Positions 29,393 to 43,364 of a DNA stretch of 64,000 nucleotides are shown here, piece by piece (position 1 is the stretch's first letter; the number at the start of each line of letters is the position of its first letter). The notes beneath the pieces are model-generated. The model worked only from the letters and a program-made list of their open reading frames with translations. It was not told where the DNA came from and ran no database searches. This stretch comes from Eledone cirrhosa (Eukaryota). A program made the translations under genes and the position numbers. Location of the stretch: NCBI GenBank assembly GCA_964016885.1, contig OZ024743.1, positions 197,904,001-197,968,000 of the forward strand, read 5' to 3'.

Positions 29393-30484
29393 AATTCCAT
29401 ATATGGTCAAAGTGATTGTCAAAAATCAGTAGTAATTCTGTGGTTGCAAATTAGTAGGGGAGATGGTGGCTAAACCTGCCAGTAGGAGAAGGAGGGGAGG
29501 GGGTGGAGTAGACCCAATCAAGCGTTGGTAGTGCCAGCTACAGCTGGGCATGAGGTCAAAGAAGATACAGGGGAGGGGGAGGGGGAGGAAGTCGGAACGG
29601 TAGGTAGAACAATGGGGGGTAGAAATAGGAAAGAAAAAATACTGAGAGTGAAGAAAAGCAAATAAGTGTAAAGAAAAAAGTAAAGTAAATTAAATTCTAC
29701 GACCTAGGTCTCAGGCTATTGTTAGGCTAGAATAAAATAAAGAAAGAAAGAAAGAAGTAAATAAATAAATAAATAAATAAATAAGGAAATAAGTAAGAGA
29801 ACTAGGTGGGACGGATAAGGCAAGGACCCTTTTAAGAGGTATAAGTACGTAAATGATACGGTGACGGGTCAACAAAAGGGGCCAAAATACTAAAGAGACT
29901 ACCACGAAATAAACAATAAAGGTTTCCATCCCGGGCCAGCAACGACCCAGTGCAGCAAAGTGAACTTGTACGAGATAATAATTCTGAGTCCCGAGAAAAA
30001 TAAATACTAATGCTAACTCTAAAAGATCTAAAACAAGCTACATGAAAGTTCGTACGAAATAAAGGTAGAATACGGAGAAATAAATTCAGAATCCACCCCG
30101 CCCAGAAGAAAAGCGAAGCAAGAAATACTGAAACGAAAAAATAAGGCATGTGCCACTAAGAAATATAGAGGGCACAGAGAATAGTGGGAGCGGTCGGAAA
30201 AAGGGGGAAAATATCCGGGGTCTAAGCCAACTGCTATAAAGGGCGGAGTCCGCCAAATCTATCAAAGACTAGGGGAGGGGGGGTGGGGGTACTAAGGCTA
30301 CATGGGGCCAAAGGGCAGCCTCGGGTGGGCGAGAAAAGACGCCGACAAAGGAGAGGAGCTGGGGTAGAAGGACAAAGGAGAGAGGGGGGAAGGAAATAAA
30401 GGAAGCGATAAAAGAATACAAAGAAGATCTTACGTCTTCCTTGGCAAGCAGGGGTTACCCATTGCAAAATCGGCAAGTGGGGTG

Positions 30485-32203
30485 TTATAGCCCTAGTCTA
30501 CCCTCCCCCGGGTCATTATGGGGTTTGAGGGCGAGGTAAGTCCTACGCAATCTATGTTTACATGCAGTGACCAGTTCATCTTTCTTGTTTAGGAGTTGGT
30601 CCGTCGAAAACAGCATTTGTAAAGTTTCCTCCGAGCATAAATTGCACGGACGGCGTCCTCCCGTGTAAGAATTGGCTCTGGACAGTAATCTCCAAGTGAG
30701 ATCATAGGTGATGTTGTTGTCCTTGAGGTCCCATATGTGGCCCGAAAGTGTAGTGGCGTGACGCCGGGCCGGGTTTCGGAAGGTATGTCTATGTTGGTAT
30801 AGCCGGGTCTTGAAGTCACATGCGGTAAGTCCTATATAGGCTTTGTTGGAGGTATCCGTCCTCACGTTGCACTGGTAGATCACATTACGGTCTCTATATC
30901 TATTGTCGAGTGGGCAAATAGATCTATCCGGGCAGTTACACCTCCTGGTCGGTTCTCCACTGCTATTTAGGTTATTTCTGCCATCGGGGTTGAGATTTTT
31001 GTTGTTAGAGGAGACGATGTTTTGTGCGAAGTTTGGTGTAGTGCTGTAAGAGAGTTTGATGGTATTTTTGTTAATTATGTTGTGGTAGCGGTGTTGTAAT
31101 GGGAAGTGTTTTTCAATGAGCCTAAAGAATAGTTTCCCGATGGGAGTTGTCACCTCTGCGTTGTGGGGAGGATTGAACCATGTTACATTGCGTGAGCGGC
31201 GGTGTCTCCTGCTGGTTCCGCTAATGGGAGCTGGACAGTAGGATATTTCCTCCCGGAAACCACTCCACTTGAGGGCCTGGTTGTAATAAGGCGCAAGTTC
31301 ATCGAATATCCGCTCATTAGCTGACAAACGGGATATGCGGAGGGAGATGTTTTTGACCAGGTTGTTTGTGATGTTCCTAGGATGGTTTGATCGGCGGTGG
31401 ATGTAGTGCAGATTGTCATTAGGTTTCCTGTATGGGTAGTACAGGTCGTTTTCGAGGTCGAGGGTCACGTCCAGGAAGTTTACTCGGGTCAGGGACGTTT
31501 GTAGGGTTATTTTAAATCCCCAGTCGCGGAAGAATCTGATTAATTGTTTCCGGACCCGATCTGTACTACTGGGGTTGTACCCTTTAAGGGTAAGGAGCCC
31601 ATCATCACGGTACAATCCACCACCGAATGCAGGAAACATATCAGTGAGTTTGGCTATTAGGAATAATCCTATAAGATCTGTGACCTCCGCCGAATCCGTG
31701 GCGCCCATGCTGACGTCGAAGGGTGAGTCGGGAGCTCTTTTTATCCATTTAGAGTCGTCAAAGAGTAAGACTGTCTTCCTGGCGTGGAGGATGATTTTTC
31801 TTTCCTGGTCGGTGATGGGCACAAGTATTTCGGCGAAGTCCAAGGCGGCAGTAAGTAGCGGTAAGGTGATTGAAGCATAGTAGCTCTCTATGTCGAACTG
31901 TATGAATTTAGTTTCTCGTTTATCCTCCATATTGCTGAACCAGGAGATTACTTCCTGGGTGTTGATCCATAGGCTAAGTCGGGTGTGTTGCTTGACTTTT
32001 GGTATCACGCGGTCTAGGACTTTTTTGCTGATTCTCCCTATGTCGGACTTCGTTGGGTTAATAAGCCTGATAGAGGGTTTACGGTCAAAATCGGATTTAT
32101 GGTCCTTCAGTGTGAAGTATGGTGTCCGTGGGTCTAGAGGTTCCGTGCGGTCGGCGACCCCGAGGCTGGAGGTGATTTGTTGTCCATCTCGATTTATGTC
32201 CAT
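30485..32203 (-). CDS. Penelope-like reverse transcriptase / GIY-YIG endonuclease (N-terminus disrupted)
   Basis: RT motifs FDIESYY, SMGA, YRDDGL, NFLDVTLDL; linker CNCPDRSIC (CxCx5C); VIYQC...YIG endonuclease; CNLCSEE. Confidence 0.92.
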   Translation of the reverse strand: MDINRDGQQITSSLGVADRTEPLDPRTPYFTLKDHKSDFDRKPSIRLINPTKSDIGRISKKVLDRVIPKVKQHTRLSLWINTQEVISWFSNMEDKRETKFIQFDIESYYASITLPLLTAALDFAEILVPITDQERKIILHARKTVLLFDDSKWIKRAPDSPFDVSMGATDSAEVTDLIGLFLIAKLTDMFPAFGGGLYRDDGLLTLKGYNPSSTDRVRKQLIRFFRDWGFKITLQTSLTRVNFLDVTLDLENDLYYPYRKPNDNLHYIHRRSNHPRNITNNLVKNISLRISRLSANERIFDELAPYYNQALKWSGFREEISYCPAPISGTSRRHRRSRNVTWFNPPHNAEVTTPIGKLFFRLIEKHFPLQHRYHNIINKNTIKLSYSTTPNFAQNIVSSNNKNLNPDGRNNLNSSGEPTRRCNCPDRSICPLDNRYRDRNVIYQCNVRTDTSNKAYIGLTACDFKTRLYQHRHTFRNPARRHATTLSGHIWDLKDNNITYDLTWRLLSRANSYTGGRRPCNLCSEETLQMLFSTDQLLNKKDELVTACKHRLRRTYLALKPHNDPGEGRLGL

Positions 32204-32313
32204 CTAAGTCTTTTCGCAAATAGATCGATTTTTTGCGTGAGCATCCGAAGATAAAGTTTTTTCGGTGGGATTGGGATGTTCTTGGTAGAGAAGTCAATGT
32301 TGTGTTTTCGCAT
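32194..32313 (-). pseudogene. Probable true N-terminus of the Penelope ORF, out of frame with the main ORF
   Basis: MRKHNIDFSTKNIPIPPKKLYLRMLTQKIDLFAKRLRWT* resembles the S.KNIP.P...Y...L..K...F..R.RW N-terminal motif; too short for the ORF track. Confidence 0.7.
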
Positions 32314-32414
32314 GGTGCGGGGTCTTACTGGTTCCTATTACCCACTCTACTACCTCAAGTATTGAGTACGTTGGTGCGTTATGGTCCACCTGGTTCCTTA
32401 CCACATTTCCTTCG

Positions 32415-32461
<47 letters not shown>

Positions 32462-32500
32462 CAGTAATGCACTGGATAATTGCTGGCCTTGTGCCTAAAG

Positions 32501-32553
<53 letters not shown>

Positions 32554-32917
32554 TGTAATAAACAACATAAGGCAATTATTCCATTTACCAGTGGTTTCTT
32601 AAAAGCAAAAAATTTTGCTTTCAATCATCAGAATGAAAAAATCCTGGTCTGTTTATTGAATTTGGATTTAAAAAAAAAAAAAAAAAAAATTTTATTTTTT
32701 TAATTTATTTTTTATTTTTTTATTATTTTTTTATTTATTTTTTATTTTTTTTATTTTTTTTTATTTTTTTTTATTTTTTTTTATATATGTATATAAGGTG
32801 AAACAATTGTTCTCGGACCAGTGTCGTCCAACGGAATAAGTACTCTACTATTACGGATATAACCCACTAGTGTTCTACTATTATATATATATACATATAT
32901 ATATATTTATATATATT

Positions 32918-32980
<63 letters not shown>

Positions 32981-33432
32981 TTGTGTGTAGGTGAGTAATT
33001 ACCCGAAATTTCATTGTCACACAAACAGGTGTCTTCTCTCAATTCTTCCCATTATGCTACTGTCAGACCTCAACACCCCTGGTGCTGCCTTTACTAGTCT
33101 GACCGTCGAACTGCTCCTTTCACCTCGTGTAGTGTTCCATCTTCCGTTCAAGATCTAATGTTCGAACTAGTCCTTAACAAACATTTCTCTTTTCATTACG
33201 GTTATCTATCAGTGCCCCTTTGCTTGATAGTTTCTGTTTGCATTATACTTCAGGTGCGTTCTTCTCCCGTATTGGTAAGTAGTGTTTCGCCTCGTTTCTC
33301 ATCCGTATATTGTATTGGTCGTCTTCTCTCATATTTTGTTGCAATATATCATTGTAATAATATACTAAGTTCCTTTCTTGCTGGACTATTAGTCCACCGG
33401 GAACTGGAAAGACGCACAAATGTATAGGATGG

Positions 33433-33525
<93 letters not shown>

Positions 33526-33526
<1 letters not shown>

Positions 33527-33574
33527 TCTTTTACCTGTTTCAGCCATCCGGCTGAGGCCATGCTGGGGCACCGC

Positions 33575-33577
<3 letters not shown>
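33526..33577 (-). mobile_element. End fragment of a second SINE family
   Basis: ctcttttacctgtttcagccatccggctgaggccatgctggggcaccgcc between (TA)n tracts; degenerate relative at ~37612. Confidence 0.5.
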
Positions 33578-33637
<60 letters not shown>

Positions 33638-33647
33638 TATAGTTCAT

Positions 33648-33772
33648 TGTTTTACGATCGTTTCAGAGGGTCGATTGATGGTGGAAGATTGGTGTATCGA
33701 CTAGCGTGGTAGTGGTTACTACCTATTTCTAGTCTCAAAATTATTTTCAATCGACCATCTCCTTCAGAAACA
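33648..33772 (-). ncRNA. Hammerhead-like motif, CUGAAGG core, long stem II insertion
   Basis: tgttt CTGAAGG agatggtcgattga..~70 nt..tcaatcgaccctct GAAA cgatcg TA^ aaaca; followed by snap-back hairpin 33763-33798. Confidence 0.65.
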
Positions 33773-33794
33773 CTAAACATCAGTTTAGTGTTTC

Positions 33795-33872
<78 letters not shown>

Positions 33873-33875
<3 letters not shown>

Positions 33876-34631
33876 ATAAAAAAACATGAGAAGAATGAAT
33901 ACTGCGTGGTTGCACATGGGTTACATATGATAAAAATAGTCCTTCATCAGTGATTTTCCAACCTTCATTGGTATTTCATCGCTTTAAAAATCATATACCT
34001 CCAGTTGGTGCGAGCAATAGCTAAATAAATCTATTGGGACAAGTAAATGGCGTAAAGCGAGCGAGACAAGTAAACACACATAGAAGGATAGCAACGCAAA
34101 GATAGGAAAAAACAAGCACATGGGAGTCCGATCAGCTTAAGCTGTGTGGATTTCATGAGCGAGAGACAACAGACCGTGCGACGCGAGTGAGGTGTGAACA
34201 AGAAAGGACCCCACTTCAGGCCAAACGGGTGGAAGTGAGAAGGGGTGAAGCAGAGAGTGAGTGAGTGGAAGTGCGAGGAAGAGGCCAGTCGAGAGAAAGT
34301 GTAACTGACAGAGGGGGCGAAAGAATATGAGAGAAACAGAGAGAGGGGGGAAGCAGTAAGAGAGAAACAGACAAACGCAGCTGGGGAAAATATATATAAA
34401 AAACATGAGAAGAATGAATACTGCGTGGTTGCACATGGGTTACATATGATAAAAATAGTCCTTCATCAGTGATTTTCCAACCTTCATTGGTATTTCATCG
34501 CTTTAAAAATCATATACCTCCAGTTGGTGCGAGCAATAGCTAAATAAAGCTATTGGGACAAGTAAATCGCGTAAAGCGAGCGAGACAAGTAAACAAACAT
34601 AGAAGGATAGTAACGCAAAGATAGGAAAAAG
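33873..34631. repeat. Partial tandem duplication (~519-bp period), pLTR-like arrangement
   Basis: 33873-34112 repeated at 34392-34631. Confidence 0.85.
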
Positions 34632-34840
34632 CATATATATATATATATATCCCGAATGAAGTCGGAGGTAACGACAGTTAGTAAGGTATTTAATACATTA
34701 CTAGAGTGTAAACATTATCATTTAATATTTAATATAGAAATGGCTTCTACACGACTAGAACTCTAGAAGTGTTTCAGTCATATGAAAATCATCATACTAA
34801 TGAAATAGTTCTAGTCCGGTAGAAGCAATATCTATATCAA

Positions 34841-35027
34841 ATAATTGTTTCTACTTTAGGCACAAGGCCAGCAATTACCCAGTGCATTACTGGTACTTTA
34901 TTTTATCGACCCCGTAAGGATGAAAGGCAAAGTCAACCTCGGCGGGATTTGAACTCAGATCGTAAAGGGACGCAACTATGCTGGAAAGCATGGCGTCCGA
35001 CCCTCTACCGATACTGCCAATCCACCG
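34841..35027 (-). mobile_element. Full-length tRNA-derived SINE (reference copy)
   Basis: On - strand A-box tggcagtatcgg, B-box gagttcaaatcc, central gcctttcatccttacggggtcgataaaataaagtacc, (att)-type tail. Confidence 0.9.
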
Positions 35028-35040
35028 TCAAATAATGATA

Positions 35041-35084
<44 letters not shown>

Positions 35085-35152
35085 TGTATCATTATTTGAT
35101 ATATATATATATATATCATTATTTGATATATATATATATATATATCATTATT

Positions 35153-35236
<84 letters not shown>

Positions 35237-35268
35237 AGATCAAAAGATGGTTAAAGGAGTTCCATATA

Positions 35269-35335
35269 TTTTATTATGCGCATTTCAAAAACAAACATCA
35301 TCATGCAATAATATTTGTGTTTTCATCAGATAAAA
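35269..35335 (-). ncRNA. Type I hammerhead ribozyme
   Basis: ttttat CTGATGA aaacacaaatattatt-gcat-gatgatgtttgttttt GAAA tgcgca TA^ ataaaa; palindromic stem III ATGCGCAT. Confidence 0.8.
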
Positions 35336-36154
35336 CAGGAGAACATGATATGAAGGCTAAAAAACACTTGTGGATAGTGCAGTTTTAAATCAACATATGA
35401 AAAGTGGTTTTAGATTGATGTGTGATATTGGGAAAAATATTTTATTTAGAGAGGGGGGGGGGGAAGAGATGAGAGGGAGAGATGGGTGATAGAGAGAAAG
35501 AGATAGTTTTTATAACTGAGAGGAGATATATTTTTTACATAGAGAGGTTGAAAACCGTTGGAAGATACTGTATAAATTAAAAATTTTGAAAATTAACGAA
35601 GGAAGGATATGTGCGAGGAAAAAATATTTTATTTAGGGAGGGGGGGGGGATGAAAAAAAGGTGGAGGAGATGAGAGTGAAGGTGGAGAGGGAGAGATGGG
35701 TGATAGAGAGAAAGAGATAGTTTTTATAACTGAGAAAAAGATATATTGTTTTAATATAGAGAGGTTGGGAACCGTTGGAAGATAATGTATAAATTAAAGG
35801 AATTTGAAAATTAACGAAGGGAAATTATGTATGAAGATAGAGAGAAAAAAATAATAATTGTGGGTGAATATTCTAACGTCAAAAAAAGAAATGTATGTAT
35901 TGTGGCAATTTCAAAATTAGCGAAGAGAAAAATTGTTAAGGTTTGTGTGTAGAAGGATTTGAGAAAAATAATGTGAAGTTAAAGTTTGTATATTGATTGA
36001 ATTGATAATATATGCGAATAAAGAGTTAATATGTATTAATAATGAGTTCGTTGATGGGGAGAAAAAAATAATAATAAATTAAGGATGAAATTGAGATTAT
36101 CTTATCCGATATCTGCACTGCTTTATTGTACTACAATAAAAACTCACCTCCTAC

Positions 36155-36261
<107 letters not shown>

Positions 36262-36282
36262 ATATATAGATATATATATATG

Positions 36283-36323
<41 letters not shown>

Positions 36324-36347
36324 ATATATATATATATATATATATGG

Positions 36348-36379
<32 letters not shown>

Positions 36380-36425
36380 GGAGATATATATATATATATA
36401 TATACATGGATATATATATATATAT

Positions 36426-36465
<40 letters not shown>

Positions 36466-36477
36466 ATATATATATAT

Positions 36478-36519
<42 letters not shown>

Positions 36520-36572
36520 ATACATATATATATATATGGATACATATATATATATATATATATATGGATACA

Positions 36573-36651
<79 letters not shown>

Positions 36652-36668
36652 ATATTTATATATGTATG

Positions 36669-36727
<59 letters not shown>

Positions 36728-36758
36728 TTATTTGATATAGATATTGCTTCTACCGGAC

Positions 36759-36910
<152 letters not shown>

Positions 36911-37057
36911 ATGCTTTGGGAGGGTCATGTTGCCAATAATAAACACAGGCACCAGGTGCTTTCACTCCAATTTATTATAAATTAAATTTATACATTTAAG
37001 AATTTATAAATTTCCGGTGGTTGGTTGGTTCCACAACCGGACGGTTGTTCATATATT

Positions 37058-37100
37058 GTCAAAGTTCTTTCGTCACACATTCTGTGACCTCTTCAGTGAC
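37058..37100 (-). ncRNA. Minimal type I hammerhead ribozyme
   Basis: gtca CTGAAGA ggtcaca..tgtgac GAAA gaac TT^ tgac, in element fragment 36905-37190. Confidence 0.7.
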
Positions 37101-37187
37101 TGGGGATTATTTTCTTTGTTTTTGTCCCTCTCCTTTGTTCTGTCCTACGCCCTCTTGTTTTGTGTGCTAAACAAATTCAGAAACGAA

Positions 37188-37277
<90 letters not shown>

Positions 37278-37799
37278 ATGCACACACACACACACTCTCA
37301 CACACACACTCACATATATATAACGATCCACAGTTTTAGTTTACCTAATTTCGCATGCATTGTCAACCCTATACTTATAGTAGAACGCACCTAACTCAGG
37401 TGTCCCATAGTAGAAGTGAACCTGAAATCACATAGTTTTGAAGTAAACACTTCTACTCACCAAACCACCCCTGCGCAAATAAAGAAAACAATATGATTCT
37501 ACATATACCACTGTTCAATATCAGTTTACATTTAAAACTTCGATCAACTGCCTGATTATTAATTTAATCTTTTCAGACATGGACATTCCTCTTGTGGTCA
37601 AAAACCACTTTTCTTTTACTGGTTTGAGCCATTGGACTGCTATATTAGAACATACACTCATTATATAAACACCCTGAAGGCGTTTGATTAGCAGAATGGA
37701 TAGGTTTTCTGATAAATTACCTGACGTTATTTAGTTACCTTTCTTTTAGTTCTGAGTTCAAAAGCCACCAATGTCCACTTCGCCTTTCATCCGTCTACG

Positions 37800-37947
37800 C
37801 ATTGCCGAATTTACAATTGTACTTAGGTGTGCTTAAGGGCAGTGGGAACCTTCCTGCCCCCCAAAATGTGTCCCTCCTTCAGGGCCCAAGTAAGAGTCCT
37901 CATAGCTTAACTGGCACAGGGCCTCATGTGTCCTAAATCCGGCACTG
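37800..37947. mobile_element. hAT-type MITE inserted into a SINE
   Basis: TIRs cattgccgaattta / taaatccggcactg; 8-bp flanks cgtctacg / cttctaca; splits the SINE gcctttcatcc..ataaaataag. Confidence 0.65.
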
Positions 37948-38581
37948 CTTCTACAGCCAATAAAATAAGGCACCGATCAATTTGTGGGGTCGCTGTCATC
38001 GAATTTTTTCCCCTCCCTACATATTAATTGGCTCAGTGCATCTATTAGAAACGATTATCTGAGCATATATGTCGATTTGTAAAATCGGTGAAGCGTCCGA
38101 CAAAATGTTCCGAGTTCAAATTCTACCGAAGTCAACTTATCCTTTCCTTCCCTCGGGATCGATAATTGAACAGCCAGTCAAACCCTGAAATCAATGATAT
38201 CGACTATTCCAACAGAAATGATTGGTCTTGTGAGGAAATTAGAACCCATTATCTGAACACACTGAGCTAGGAAGCCAAACATAATACTTTAAATGTGATG
38301 TGGACTAACGTTTCTTTTTTTAAATTTCAGGTTTGAAGGTCAATTTTTGCTAGAATGTTTGAGATAGCGAATGTGTCCTTAGAGTATGAGTTTGTGTATT
38401 ATAGTGTCTGAATTACTGCCCGCGTATGTGTATATACTTGTGTGTGCCTGTCTGCGTTGGTGCATGTTTGTATGTGTATAATGTTTGCACGAGTGTAATT
38501 TGATTTGTTGATTTGGTCGAATACTTTTTATTAAGATACAAACGTAAATATGATTATGAATATATATATATATATATATGG

Positions 38582-38731
<150 letters not shown>

Positions 38732-38807
38732 ATATATATATATATATATTTAAATGGATATATATATATAAATATATATGGATATATATATATATATATA
38801 TATATGG

Positions 38808-39013
<206 letters not shown>

Positions 39014-39137
39014 ATATATATATATAAATATATATGGATATATATATATATATATATGGATACATATATATATATATATATATATATATGGAGATATATA
39101 TATATATATATATATATACATGGATATATATATATAT

Positions 39138-39179
<42 letters not shown>

Positions 39180-39191
39180 ATATATATATAT

Positions 39192-39233
<42 letters not shown>

Positions 39234-39317
39234 ATATATAAATATATATGGATATTTATATATATATATGGATATATATATATATATGGACATATATATA
39301 TGGATATATATATATAT

Positions 39318-39443
<126 letters not shown>

Positions 39444-40478
39444 GATATATATATATATATAGGTGTTTATAGTCTTGGAATTAAAAGTAGGTGTTTTTTT
39501 AGAGTAATCAAATACATTTTTACACACCACCCTATGTATGTTGTCTTGCAGTCTTTGTAATTATAAGGCTTTGCCAGACTCGCTGGAATTATAGCGTATC
39601 AATAGAAGGGGAAGCTTAACAGCACCTAATATAATATATAATGAGAAATAATACATACATCTATTCATTTAAATACTGCTTCAAGTTTGTTTCAATCAAA
39701 TTTTTAGTCTTTGATAATTCTTTAGTAACCACTAAATTAAGTTTGCTACCTTTTAATTTTTTATATATGTGTAGGTATTTTAATATTATATTTATTATTC
39801 TTTTCAAAACTTACATACAAGATAACAGCATAAAAAATGTGAGAAATACTTTTTTATTATATTTATAAACGAAAGCATTGAAAAATAATTAAACGAAGGA
39901 AGAGAAAAAAAAAATCTCCCTTTTGCTTCATTCTTGGTTAAGTCTCATATCTATATTTGGTGGGAAATATAATTTGGAATGGTAACAATTATAGAAGAAA
40001 AGCTGGGAAAAAAATATATACGATAAACAAATACGTATTTTTTTGCTAAATATCTGCCATAATTAAAGTGCAAAAGGAAATGTTCGTTGAAGAAAAACAC
40101 AACCTATAAAATAACATTTTATAGCTTCGCCTTTTCATCCACTCCAAACACATACACACACGTAAACATATATACACGTTAACACACACACATATAAGTA
40201 TATATATATAAGTATATATATATATATATATATAGATATACATATATAAGTACATATGCATATATATGTATAAGTATATATCTATTTACATATATAAGTA
40301 CATATGCATATATATGTATAAGTATATATCTATATAATATATATAGATATATATACACAGACATATATTATTATATACACACATACACGTATATATATAT
40401 TCATATAAATATATATATATATATATATATATTCATATATATATATATATATATTCATATATATATATATATATTGTA

Positions 40479-40766
40479 TAAAAAACGAAAAATCAGTGAT
40501 GCATCTGGACTCAGTTTATTGCGTGTTACAATTGTTTCGCCGACAGGTAGCTCGAGACATGATCACTGTATGGTTCTGGCTGATTCTACGGCTGCAGGTT
40601 CCTTCGAGAAAATTTGCTCCGAACGAACTACCCGTGCCCGAAGGAACCTGCAGCCGTAGAATCAGCCAGATCCATACAATGATCATGTCTCGAGCTACCT
40701 GCCGGCGAAACAATTGTAACACAATAAACTGAGCCCAGATGCATCACTGATTTTTCGTTTTTTTAT
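40479..40766. repeat. Fold-back element (~128-bp arms) with hammerhead-like motif at 40634-40722(+)
   Basis: Arms 40479-40607 and 40639-40766; gtgc CCGAAGG ..long stem II.. GAAA caattg TA acac. Confidence 0.75.
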
Positions 40767-41486
40767 GCTATCCACACTCTGCTCTGGATGAATATTGAGT
40801 GCTAATTTTGGCATACCGCCTATGGAAGCACCATAGCTACCATTATACACAAGTATATATATATATATATATATATATTAATACACATCTTCACACACAA
40901 AAGCGCGCGTGCACACACTCACACAAACACACACAAACACACACATATATATGTATGTTGTTTATGTTAATCAAACAAAATGATTAGACATTAACTCAGT
41001 ATAATATGTAGAGGGTAGAAATTAATGTTACAAGGAAAATGTTGACAGTGAACTGGGAAAATACACGAGGGTCACTCAAACGTCTATACTTTCATGGCAA
41101 AGCCCTTAGCATGTTTTGAAAATGTTATAAGTGCTGTAGCTCATTATTCTGGGTGTACGAAAAGAACATGTGATTTATAGAATAAAAAAATATTCTGTAT
41201 AAATTGTTATACATGTTGACTGTCGTTTGTAAATTAAACGCTCTGTATTTTTGTGTACACAACATATATACACATAACTGAAAATGCGACCTCTAAGAAG
41301 TACAAGTAAAGTATCTAATAAGCTGGCACCCTGATAGCGTTTGACACCCCACTGAAAACACACACACACAAAAAAAAAACATGCAAAAATGCATGCGACC
41401 TCACATTGCACGTATTTATCTCGCTAACGGTCGTTCCACGGAGATGATAATGGAGTTGAGTATTTGCTCGACATGTATTTATATAT

Positions 41487-41563
<77 letters not shown>

Positions 41564-41690
41564 ACAAAGAAGGTATCGTAAGATACCAGGTAGACCATAA
41601 CTCACCAGAGTACTCGATACTTAGGGTTGCAGATCTTTTAGGATCTAACTAGCGAAACGGCCGGAGCTCGGCCGTCGGGGTCCTGCCTTT

Positions 41691-42762
<1,072 letters not shown>

Positions 42763-42808
42763 GTATATATATATACATTTATATACGCATATATACATAT
42801 ACAAATAC

Positions 42809-42878
<70 letters not shown>

Positions 42879-43364
42879 ACATGTGTGTGTATGTATATGT
42901 GTGCGCGCCCGCGTGTGTATGTGTGTGTACGAGTGTGTGTTTATCAGATGTATTTGAATTTCTGCGGTGCTATAATTTACCCTGGAAGATAATATTGTCT
43001 TGCCTTATATATATTTTTAAATATTTTAATTTTAAACAAATTGGTTTCCTTTGGAGAAATATGAACGGTATCTGTTTAACTTTGCCGTTCTAACCAATTT
43101 TAATGAAGTCTCTTCTCCCAACCCCTAGTGCAGATTTCCTACGTCTTACTATATGCCATGCTCTACATTGCTACTCCTTCCTTCCTGCTTGTCATCATTA
43201 GACAGGAAATATATGTTATCAAAAATAGACAAGAAAATAAACATGCCCCTCCTCGCCACTCTTTCGCAAAACGGAATCTGTCACTATTGTCCTTCTACAT
43301 AACTTTATCACAAACGGATCTATTCGGCGTACTCTTTTAACTCAAACTATTCACTATCTTAGCA

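Larger units (their letters stand above)
29283..32415 (-). mobile_element. Penelope-like retroelement (Naiad-type), near full length, inverted 5' terminal segment, in (TA)n
   Basis: RT+GIY-YIG ORF, 1.2-kb 3' region ending in an HHR and ggggtcttactggttccta; the same sequence is inverted at 32319. Confidence 0.9.

Noticed and set aside
33915-33960. CTGATGA on the minus strand in the 519-bp duplication
   Set aside because: No stem II or GAAA downstream
34755-34800. ATGATGA..GAAA HHR-like remnant (minus strand); similar CGGATGA..GAAA at ~33275-33310
   Set aside because: Core mutated and stems do not pair convincingly
34920-35027. tRNA gene
   Set aside because: A and B boxes belong to the SINE head; no cloverleaf
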